Origin: a virus
Length of the DNA stretch: 64,000 bases
Strand: one strand, 5' to 3'
IMG/VR virus record: IMGVR_UViG_3300020202_000062
Location: 64,001-128,000 of that record
In this document: piece by piece, positions 26,649-35,332 of the stretch
Layout: each line of letters begins with the position of its first letter
How positions within the stretch are numbered: position 1 is the first letter of the stretch
Notes under the pieces: generated by a model
What the model saw: the letters and a program-made list of their open reading frames with translations, nothing else
Told to the model about the DNA's origin: nothing
Databases searched by the model: none
Translations under genes and position numbers: made by a program

Positions 26649-29102
26649 TTACAACTTTATTCTATCATACTTAACCGAGTATGGCGATGCTGCACCGTGG
26701 GTGTACACAAATCCGATACCGTTAGTAATCGGGAAGGCGTTTACATACGCTGGGTTAGTGCTGCCTGTGAATGAATCGAGAATCGTACGCGACCCAATCG
26801 ACAGTGTCGACCCGGATCTTGTGATCTTCCGATAAGCCACATCAACGAATCTGCTCGTATTAGTGAAGTAGGCACTACCGAAGACGTAGACATCTCCCGT
26901 TGCAGCCCAGATTGCTGCCCCAAACCCATAAAGACCCGACTCGTAAGCGGTCGTGAGATAGCTGACGGATGCTCTCTCCGTAAATCCAGTAAACGAGGAG
27001 GAGTCCCATACGATAACGTAGTTATTGGGCGTCCCGGCCGAATCTGTTAAGTGTCCGACAATGACGGCACGCGTTCCGTCCCACAGCATTTTCACACCGT
27101 GATTAGCCGTAGTTGTAATAGCATAACCAATCGATACCTCTACCTCCGATGCCCACGTCCAGGCCCCTCCTGAATAGGAGGCCGTACGATATCGAATCCC
27201 TTTGCCCGAACCAACAGCGCCAGCCGACCAAGAGGCGTGAACCCGTTTCGTACTAGAGTCCAGAGCTACGGACGGGAAAGTGTGAGTACTGGTTGCATAA
27301 TCGCCACCAATGACCACTTGCGAAGCGATAGAAGAAAGGCTACCACCGGCAGAGATAGTTCCAAGGTTATATACAGCGTAACAGTCCGTCGTGCCTTTGT
27401 ACGACCGCACAATATGCGCTCTACCGCCGGTACTTTCGGCGTGAACTACTAAATCTGGATAATCGTATGCCGCGCCAGCCTCGGGCATCGGAGTGGAACC
27501 AAGAGGGTCCCACGTTAACGTCGTACGGTCAGAGCTGAAAGTCCCGACCATACCGTAAGTAACTCCGTCTGTACGACCCCCACCTGTTCCCGATTGTTTC
27601 CATACGGCCACAAGTCTCTCTGTGCTACCGCTATCCACATATGCGGCGATCGATCCGTTAGACCACCCAAGAATGTCAGCGGCGTAATATGACCAAGTTA
27701 CACCGCCATCATAGGATCGATAAAATCGAGCAGTAGTTCCAATATCACCTACGACAACCAACGTTCCATCGGAAAGCTGAACGGCCTTCTTCTGGTTACT
27801 GTACGCGGTCGAGGTAGATAGAATACCGATTGAAGAGTCTGAACGAACAGGGAACACATTCTGTGCACCGTCGCCGATAATTGCGTAGAGGAACTCGTCC
27901 GCTCCCGGCGCAGCGTTCCATGTTGCACTCATACTGCTTGTACCGTAGGACATTGTGGCGGTCTGGGGGCTTGAGCCGAAGCTTGGGTTGATCAACTCGT
28001 AGTCTGAATGCCAAACGCTATCAACACTAGTCGGTGTGACATTATCGTTTTCGGAAATAGCTGAAAGGCGTTTGGTTGTGAGGTCTGTTGCTCCGAGCAT
28101 CCAGATATTGCTCGCAAACGGATTTATCGTTTGGCGTTGCGAGATAGTGCTGAAAATTGCAGCCCTGGGTGTAAGGTCGTGCCTCGACTCAATCGTCTGG
28201 GAGGTTCCCGTTGTCCCAACGAAGGCCCCGAGTTTTGACGAGATCCCATCAAGACATAGCGAGATAACACTGTACTGTGTGCCAGCCGTCTCTGCGAAAT
28301 AGATCGTGAACCCATCAGAGTCCATCGATGAATATGCCCCGCGTTGAGATACGGCCTCTGCATCGGTGGGGAGTGCGATGCAGCAGTCGGTGCGCTGCCA
28401 TCTAGATGCGTCCGAAGATGCCTGATTGTCCTCCGACCAAACACCATTAGCCCACTGCTGACCGAACTTGTTCATGGCTCCAAAGCCAAAGTTCGCATTG
28501 ATGGACGAGGCGGGGAGAGATTCTGAGCTGTTAGCATAAGCGTGCAGGACGAGGTCCGGCGAAAACCCGACACCTGTCGCACTACGGTTTCCGGCCGACA
28601 CTCCAGTCGACCAACGAACCACCTTCGCTCCAGTGAGGCCGGAGATGATCATGTAGTTAATGACCTGACCACCAACAGCGTTGGTCGTCCAGTTCAGCCG
28701 CATCGACGTAGATGACGGAAAGGGAGTCGCCCCCATCTCGGCTTCGAAATAAGCACCCGCCCCTGTATTCAGGTCCATGGTGATCGCTTTAGCCGCTGTC
28801 CGCCGCGCCGTCGCACTTGTCGCCTGGTTGTCATCAGACGTAGCGGAGACAGCGTACTGACTGACCGTACCTCCTCCGTTGGCAGCGAAACCGAGAGACA
28901 CGTAATAGTGCGGGTCCCAGGTGCCGGAAGCACCTTGATCGTTGGACGTCCAAAAGACGACTGCCCAAGATCCCGCTGCGGCTGAAGTCAGATCCGTAGC
29001 AATGGTGATGTCCTGATTGCCCGTGGACGCCTGTTTCGTGAATGAGCCGACCTCGACCTTAACGGCACCGAAGTGTGATGCTGTAGTTCCTAGTGGTTTC
29101 AT
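26649..29102 (-). CDS. tail fibre / receptor-binding protein with Asp-box (BNR) propeller-like C-terminal half
   Basis: Gly/Ser/Thr-rich beta repeats (TGNQDI, TGVGFSPDLV); RSYDGGVTW Asp-box; start MKPLG by TAATG coupling. Confidence 0.75.
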   Translation of the reverse strand: MKPLGTTASHFGAVKVEVGSFTKQASTGNQDITIATDLTSAAAGSWAVVFWTSNDQGASGTWDPHYYVSLGFAANGGGTVSQYAVSATSDDNQATSATARRTAAKAITMDLNTGAGAYFEAEMGATPFPSSTSMRLNWTTNAVGGQVINYMIISGLTGAKVVRWSTGVSAGNRSATGVGFSPDLVLHAYANSSESLPASSINANFGFGAMNKFGQQWANGVWSEDNQASSDASRWQRTDCCIALPTDAEAVSQRGAYSSMDSDGFTIYFAETAGTQYSVISLCLDGISSKLGAFVGTTGTSQTIESRHDLTPRAAIFSTISQRQTINPFASNIWMLGATDLTTKRLSAISENDNVTPTSVDSVWHSDYELINPSFGSSPQTATMSYGTSSMSATWNAAPGADEFLYAIIGDGAQNVFPVRSDSSIGILSTSTAYSNQKKAVQLSDGTLVVVGDIGTTARFYRSYDGGVTWSYYAADILGWSNGSIAAYVDSGSTERLVAVWKQSGTGGGRTDGVTYGMVGTFSSDRTTLTWDPLGSTPMPEAGAAYDYPDLVVHAESTGGRAHIVRSYKGTTDCYAVYNLGTISAGGSLSSIASQVVIGGDYATSTHTFPSVALDSSTKRVHASWSAGAVGSGKGIRYRTASYSGGAWTWASEVEVSIGYAITTTANHGVKMLWDGTRAVIVGHLTDSAGTPNNYVIVWDSSSFTGFTERASVSYLTTAYESGLYGFGAAIWAATGDVYVFGSAYFTNTSRFVDVAYRKITRSGSTLSIGSRTILDSFTGSTNPAYVNAFPITNGIGFVYTHGAASPYSVKYDRIKL

Positions 29103-31348
29103 TATGCGATCAAATCTCCTACCAGTACCCAAGTATCAGTCGAACGCTTGATGAGCGTAGCGGATGACCACTGCGTGCGAAGTTTCAATCCAGGAGTAGC
29201 GTTGATGGTTACGCCTGAACCGGGAGCAACAGTTACCTGACCTGCTCCTGTCTGAAGAATATCGATGACAGTTCCAGTTGGGTACGCTACGGATGAGTTC
29301 GGCGGAACAGTTAAAGTAATTGCCGAGGCATTACTGCACTCGACTAACTTTCCACGATCAGCAAGAACTAGCGTATACGATGTACCGCTCTGCTGATTAA
29401 ACGAGGTTGTTACGGAAGTCTTTCCAGATACTGTTAAATCTGTATCAACGATTAGAGATCCCGCTGTGCGTAGGACAGCAGAAGAATCTACGTAAAGAGT
29501 TGCCTGTGGACTAAAACCAATCTGGATGCCAGCCTTGCTAGATGGCCCCACATCACCCAAAGATACCTCTGTTGAGAGGTTGTACATTGCGTAAGACCTT
29601 CCTACAGCCCTTACTGTCAATGCGCTCGTGAAATGGTCATCTGTATACAAAGAACTGGTTGTAGCGCGATAGAGATTCGTATCTGTTCCGAATGCAATGC
29701 CTTCAGCAGCGGTGGTTCCTGACTTTAGGTTAAGACCCGCAGTGGCAGTTGATGTAGATGTCCCGACACGAACAGCAGTATCAACCTCAAGGGTATTCGG
29801 AGTCCGAACGATGCCCGCCGATGACCGATAGATCCACGTATCGTCTGCTGAACCCAGGGAAATAACCGGCCTAGGACTACCGATGCTACCGATTGTGATT
29901 GCGCCAATCGCAACTGCATTAGTGGCGTCTAGAGCATGCGCCCTAATGATTCCAGTTGTAGTAAATCCCGAGGAAGCCTCAACATGCAGAAGATTGCTGC
30001 CGTTGTAGTACATCGCCACGTTCGTTGCGGCAGATCCTCCACCCCATTCAAGTTTACCATTGGCGTTGATGACGAATCGGTTGTTGGTGTCGCCAGTAAC
30101 ATCAAATGTCAGCCCGTCATCCGTAGTTGCCGAGAAGGTGTTATCCAGAGGGAATGTATTGCCTCCCCCTCCCCCTCCAGCCCCAGCCGCAACCCAACCG
30201 GTATTACCCGAGCCGGATTCCTTGACGTATAGGGTTGTAGTAGTTCCACCATCGGTTCTTAACCATAGTGACCCTACGGGTGCGGTAACTGCATTCTCAG
30301 GAGCACCTGTTCCGGTTGCGATCTTGGTAGTGTTCAGGTAGAGAATCTTGCCTGAAGCGATAACAAAATCATCATCCGTCTTGAGGGTATCCGACGCCGA
30401 ACGATAAATATTCGTATCTTCACCAAAAGCGATACCATTAGCTGCGGTTGTTCCGGCTGCGAGATTTATGCCTGACGATGCGGTCTGGTGAGAGTTCTCA
30501 TGGGTATCTCCAACGAACAACCAACTGTCTGACTGAAGCGAGTTTCCTGACAACAGGGAGTCAGTTTTCCACATGCTGACGCCCGCGTATTCCGCCCACA
30601 GCGAAACTCCATTAACTTCAATTCCAAATCCACTTCCGCCAGCGGATGACGGCGTGCCAACCAAGATACTTACAGCACCAGAACCGGGATAGAAGTTAAG
30701 TCCAGTACTATCGATGTAGAAAATTGGTGTTCCGCCTGAGTTCTGTACTTGGAAGAAGTCGGCAGTTTGCGAAGCATGCCCTTTAACGATCAGCCCCACA
30801 TTGCTGCCTGAGGATGGCTGGAATGTCTTAAGCCCGGTAATCGTCTGAGCACCTGTTTTCAGTACAATATCCGAAGTATCAGCAATGCCATGGACACCTG
30901 TTGTGTCAGATGTGTGTGCATCTAACTCTTCCTGAGTTGCGAGGTCAGTACTTAACTGCCAGTACCTGGAGTCTCCTCTGGTGGTATTTAGATACTGAGT
31001 ATGATCGTCATCCTCCAGGCCATCAAGGTCTCCGTGATCCGTGATGTTGACATCCGCCTCGTCTGGGTCGATCGGCACCTGGATTTTTATGATACTTTGA
31101 GGAGTTCCGTCAATCGTAACGCGAAGATAATAAGTGCCAGGATTGGCGTAGAATGTGAGGTTGCTAAGGCTGTCTGTCAGAACGGGCTGCGTTACGGTTG
31201 CACCCTTGGTCCTGTCCGTGTATAGGGTTGCGAGAGTAGTAGCTCCAGAATCTGTATAGATTCGAACTTCTCTACCTGACCCAATAACAAAACCGTTAGT
31301 CCCGAGAAGTGCCTCAGGACCCCACTGACCGGCAAAATCAAAAGCCAT
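29102..31348 (-). CDS. tail fibre protein
   Basis: HGDLDGLEDDDHTQY, GTGAPE..VTAPVGSLWLRTDG, repeated GIAFG.DTN.YR, C-terminal YTLVLADRGK...Q.GAGQVT domain. Confidence 0.85.
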   Translation of the reverse strand: MAFDFAGQWGPEALLGTNGFVIGSGREVRIYTDSGATTLATLYTDRTKGATVTQPVLTDSLSNLTFYANPGTYYLRVTIDGTPQSIIKIQVPIDPDEADVNITDHGDLDGLEDDDHTQYLNTTRGDSRYWQLSTDLATQEELDAHTSDTTGVHGIADTSDIVLKTGAQTITGLKTFQPSSGSNVGLIVKGHASQTADFFQVQNSGGTPIFYIDSTGLNFYPGSGAVSILVGTPSSAGGSGFGIEVNGVSLWAEYAGVSMWKTDSLLSGNSLQSDSWLFVGDTHENSHQTASSGINLAAGTTAANGIAFGEDTNIYRSASDTLKTDDDFVIASGKILYLNTTKIATGTGAPENAVTAPVGSLWLRTDGGTTTTLYVKESGSGNTGWVAAGAGGGGGGNTFPLDNTFSATTDDGLTFDVTGDTNNRFVINANGKLEWGGGSAATNVAMYYNGSNLLHVEASSGFTTTGIIRAHALDATNAVAIGAITIGSIGSPRPVISLGSADDTWIYRSSAGIVRTPNTLEVDTAVRVGTSTSTATAGLNLKSGTTAAEGIAFGTDTNLYRATTSSLYTDDHFTSALTVRAVGRSYAMYNLSTEVSLGDVGPSSKAGIQIGFSPQATLYVDSSAVLRTAGSLIVDTDLTVSGKTSVTTSFNQQSGTSYTLVLADRGKLVECSNASAITLTVPPNSSVAYPTGTVIDILQTGAGQVTVAPGSGVTINATPGLKLRTQWSSATLIKRSTDTWVLVGDLIA

Positions 31349-31403
31349 AAGTCAACTCCAAGTCACATAGTCATACGACAACTATGTACTTAGTAGTACC
31401 TTT

Positions 31404-33581
31404 TTAGTCGTTCTCCCCGTATAAGAAACGCAAACGATAGGAGTCTAAGGTGGGCGTGACGTTTGGATTGAGGATTGAGCGGCCAAACTCTGCCTTTAAC
31501 CGTACTGCTCCAGGGGCTGAATTTGTAGCCTTGGCATAGCGGAGGCGGAAGTTGTCTGTTGGTTTCCTGCGCGATACAATCTCACCATTGACAATAGTGA
31601 ACGTCTTTGGCTGCCCAGTCTCGTTAAATTCCATATGGAATGGATCGATATACTTCCAATTGGCCAACTTAACGCTACCAAAATCGTATAGATCCGAGGT
31701 GGACATAAGGTCCAATGTTCCATTGTGGGTATATGGGAACTCTCCTGTGTTCGCTGGAATGTTAATCATGAGGCAGACGTGATTAAGCCCCTCATTGAAC
31801 TTCCAAGGCAAAACAAGATTGTCTGTGCCCTGCGGCAAATCGCCAATCTCCCTACCGTTCAAGAATACCTTTACATCCCACTGCTGAGAATTGCTGTCAG
31901 CCTTTCTGAATTCCTTCAGTAGAAGATCCTGCTCTTCTGCGGAGTCAAGATAAGTCTCTACGTATACGCTACGCCCAGCCATACCTACATCTCCACCCCA
32001 GAAGAATTCGTTTCCACTGTCAATGGTTCCGTAGGCTGTGCTTGCTGTAGCAGTACCGTTGATGTAGTTTGTCCAGAATGACAGGCCAGTCTCTAGTGCC
32101 TCGGCATCCAGCGCAACGTGCATGATGCGGGTGGTATTAACGCCCTCTTCTAGGACGAGAGATTCTTTAAGGACATCTTCGTTAAATGCGGCGATTCTAT
32201 AAGCCTCATCTACACCCTGGAATACCGAAGGGCTAGGATTACGCAATCTCAAATCGTTATTTGTCGCATCCAGAGGGATAAGAGGAAGATAACTGCCGTC
32301 CAACTCTCCTTCATCTGGAGTGCGAATAAACTTAGAGAATGACAAGGCACCATCGAAGCGGATGACAGTATTCTCGTTATTCGTTATCCCATTGCTGATA
32401 GGGTCAATGCTTCTCCAGTTGAAGTCAGAAACCTCTGGCTCCTCTTCTTCTACATCTGCGGCTACGTAGTATTTGATGCTAGTATCTGCGGGTACAGACT
32501 CCTGAACTACTAGCGATACGGCATCGATTACATTGTCGTCTACGAGTTCCTCTGGAATATATAGTGGCTGAGAAACCCAGATAGCGTTATTGTCGTACAC
32601 ATGTTCGGTTATGCTGATTTCCTTAGCGCCAAAGATGTACCTGTACTTGATTGTGTTGTTCTGAGTACGGGTGTAATCTGGGGCTGTCTTTCTAAGCGTG
32701 ATGAACATCCTGTGCACTTCGTTGGCGGGATGGACAAAGACCATCTTGTTTGCGCTGGTCTTGATCTGATCACCAAAGTCGAATCTTGTATTAGAAGATG
32801 CCTTAGTTGCCTCTACGAAAACCTGAACTGGAGTCACACCGAACGGGTCGAACTCAAGCCTAGAAACAGTCACGGGTTCCTGTGCTGTACCTAGTTGTAT
32901 AGCGATCTCACCAATTACTTCTACCGGTTCTGATGTCTCTACCTCAACGCTCCAGGCCGTATTAGTTAGGCCATCTAGCGCGCCAGTAAAAGGCGAGATT
33001 ACCTCAGCCCTTACTTCTTTGCCTGCTACAGTTGCCTTGAAACTCGTGCTGGTTACTCTACCTGCGGCCATCTTCTTGGTCATATTACTGACCGTAGGAA
33101 GTGTCACGCTACCAGTCGTAGTATCAACGAACGCGGTAGTCATGGAGATGTCTGTGTAATCTAGGTCATTGAACTGGTCAGAAACACTTAGGTAATATCC
33201 GTCAGTGTTGTAGATACTGAACATGTAGTCATCAATAAGAGTTTCGATAGCCACCCTACGTACACGTAACCTCTCCAAGTAGGCTCGGAGAATAGTCGAT
33301 AGTGTCATAGATTCGTTTAGGTGCTCTCGGCATACCTCGTATAGAATGTCGAGGTTGATCTGAGAATTTGTGAACAGTTCGTTAGCCTTGTCTACATTAG
33401 AACGTAGGCCGTCACCAAAGTATTCAAGTGGCAACTTGAGTGGCTGTCCTGCGGGATTCTTAGCAAAGAAACGAGATACCTCAGTCAGGATGTCGACTAG
33501 GCGTGGCTTCTCGCCCTTCGAGAATAGGATCTTCGAAGTTTCTTCAAATACTCTTTCTGTCTGAATCTTTGAAATGCTCAC
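31404..33581 (-). CDS. baseplate/tail structural protein (725 aa)
   Basis: Helical N-terminus plus beta-sandwich body; structural cluster. Confidence 0.7.
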   Translation of the reverse strand: MSISKIQTERVFEETSKILFSKGEKPRLVDILTEVSRFFAKNPAGQPLKLPLEYFGDGLRSNVDKANELFTNSQINLDILYEVCREHLNESMTLSTILRAYLERLRVRRVAIETLIDDYMFSIYNTDGYYLSVSDQFNDLDYTDISMTTAFVDTTTGSVTLPTVSNMTKKMAAGRVTSTSFKATVAGKEVRAEVISPFTGALDGLTNTAWSVEVETSEPVEVIGEIAIQLGTAQEPVTVSRLEFDPFGVTPVQVFVEATKASSNTRFDFGDQIKTSANKMVFVHPANEVHRMFITLRKTAPDYTRTQNNTIKYRYIFGAKEISITEHVYDNNAIWVSQPLYIPEELVDDNVIDAVSLVVQESVPADTSIKYYVAADVEEEEPEVSDFNWRSIDPISNGITNNENTVIRFDGALSFSKFIRTPDEGELDGSYLPLIPLDATNNDLRLRNPSPSVFQGVDEAYRIAAFNEDVLKESLVLEEGVNTTRIMHVALDAEALETGLSFWTNYINGTATASTAYGTIDSGNEFFWGGDVGMAGRSVYVETYLDSAEEQDLLLKEFRKADSNSQQWDVKVFLNGREIGDLPQGTDNLVLPWKFNEGLNHVCLMINIPANTGEFPYTHNGTLDLMSTSDLYDFGSVKLANWKYIDPFHMEFNETGQPKTFTIVNGEIVSRRKPTDNFRLRYAKATNSAPGAVRLKAEFGRSILNPNVTPTLDSYRLRFLYGEND

Positions 33582-35323
33582 TAGCGCAACCTAACTTTCA
33601 ACTTGTAAGACCTAACAATAGGACTAGACGAAACCTTGTCTGCTGGTCTACTCATTTCAATCTTCAGTCGAAGAGAGTTCACCGTGTTCTTAACCGTCCT
33701 ATAGTCAACGCCATCCTCTCTAAACTCTTCTGGGAGAGGATCATTGAATGAGATGACTTCCTTGATCCCAAAGATATCATCTTGAACTCTTGAGATCGGC
33801 ACCCAAGTAAGACCGTCGTCTGGGCTGATATAGAACTTTACCCAAATCTCATCCGTACCGAAATTACTTGGGATGAAGATGTCTGCCTCAAGAGCAACTC
33901 TGTCAATTATACCATTGACTCGGAAGGGTTTCGTAACAATGTAACTTGTTTCGTTGTATTGAACTTGCTCAACTGAGCAATCACGTATTCCGATAGCCCA
34001 CCTCTGACCATTGAAGTATTCAACCTTCTTAATCAGATTGCCCTGTACAGCCTCACTATTCTCGTGATATCGGGTCGGGTCCGTAATCGGTGGCACTGGC
34101 CCTAATACTCTGCGATTTGAGTTCTCGCCCTCTACATAGTAAACGTGACCGATGTTAGAAGAAATTGAGTTAGGCTGTTCGATGCTTAATCTAATATATC
34201 TGACTTCCTTCTGATCGAAGGGCCAAACTGCTGTGCCGATTACAATCTCGTCGCTAGCCCGAGCAGCCTGGATGTTAGCGTCTGTGCCAATCCACACCGC
34301 CTTACTGGAGATAGATTCCCAGTTGGTGTTGTCGCTAGACGCATGAACTCTAGTCACTTTTACGGGATGATTTTTGTTGTCAGTCAAACCATAAGGCGTA
34401 TAGGAGATATTGTTAATTGTCTTGACGCTACCTAGATCAAACTCTAAGTCTAACTTCAGCACGTTGCCAGATGGCCCAAGTGCCCAATTGATTTCAGATG
34501 AGTCTGTTCCAGTCTCTTCATCTACGTTGGCATAAGTGAAGTTGAGATTCTTGGCACGGTTTCTATCGGCTTCGGATACGAAGTAATGCTCGTACTCAAA
34601 CCATGTGTTAGGTTCGCTATCGATGACAGAGTCTAGGTCCGCACGGCGATCTGTAAGGGCCACAAATCGGTAATCCTTCTCGTTGGTGGTAGGATTGGTA
34701 GTGGCCGTCATTGGGTCTTGGATCTCTTGGTTGTTTCCCGCGAAACCATTGGACGTAGGTAGTATTCGCACTTCGGCATCATCGATGACGTTAATCGATT
34801 CATTCCTTCTGCCCAGGCTTAACACCCCAGCAGAAGTAAGAGAAGCCTTACTCGCGGGATCGATCATATCGCTATCAATAAACTCTTCGTTGATGAAATA
34901 GTCACCGAAGTTGACTAGGTTAATATCACTAGCCGTTGAGTATAATTGAAGTGTCTTCATCTTGCCAGCGACACGGGCATTCTGATGCTCTGCCTTCTGA
35001 ATCTCAGTTGAGATGAAGTTATGGAGAAATACTGTAGAAGCCTTTAGGAGATCAACCTGATTCTGCATGAGGTTGACATCATGCTGGATGGATTCTGTTA
35101 TCTCATTCATACGAGCACTTAACGCAGGCTCGCCCTTTACGAATGGCTTAAAGTTCATGATTGGGGTTTCAACGCCAGAACTGTACTTACTGATCAACTC
35201 GGTAATAGCATGGCCGATCTCTTCCGCGGTCTTAAACTCGCCGGAAGCGTACTTCTTTTTGAACTCCTCAAGAAGAACTATGGCCTGGCCATACAGGAGT
35301 GTGGTAGGGGACAACTGGGTCAT
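33581..35323 (-). CDS. baseplate/tail structural protein with discoidin-like domain (580 aa)
   Basis: LEFDLG...S.DNTNW...VRYIRL F5/8-like pattern; ISPDDGLTW Asp-box. Confidence 0.7.
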   Translation of the reverse strand: MTQLSPTTLLYGQAIVLLEEFKKKYASGEFKTAEEIGHAITELISKYSSGVETPIMNFKPFVKGEPALSARMNEITESIQHDVNLMQNQVDLLKASTVFLHNFISTEIQKAEHQNARVAGKMKTLQLYSTASDINLVNFGDYFINEEFIDSDMIDPASKASLTSAGVLSLGRRNESINVIDDAEVRILPTSNGFAGNNQEIQDPMTATTNPTTNEKDYRFVALTDRRADLDSVIDSEPNTWFEYEHYFVSEADRNRAKNLNFTYANVDEETGTDSSEINWALGPSGNVLKLDLEFDLGSVKTINNISYTPYGLTDNKNHPVKVTRVHASSDNTNWESISSKAVWIGTDANIQAARASDEIVIGTAVWPFDQKEVRYIRLSIEQPNSISSNIGHVYYVEGENSNRRVLGPVPPITDPTRYHENSEAVQGNLIKKVEYFNGQRWAIGIRDCSVEQVQYNETSYIVTKPFRVNGIIDRVALEADIFIPSNFGTDEIWVKFYISPDDGLTWVPISRVQDDIFGIKEVISFNDPLPEEFREDGVDYRTVKNTVNSLRLKIEMSRPADKVSSSPIVRSYKLKVRLR

Positions 35324-35332
35324 GGAAACCTC

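Noticed and set aside
26649-31348. Diversity-generating retroelement or invertible tail-fibre cassette
   Set aside because: No reverse transcriptase, invertase or near-identical DNA repeat pair seen; the fibre repeats are degenerate and protein-level.
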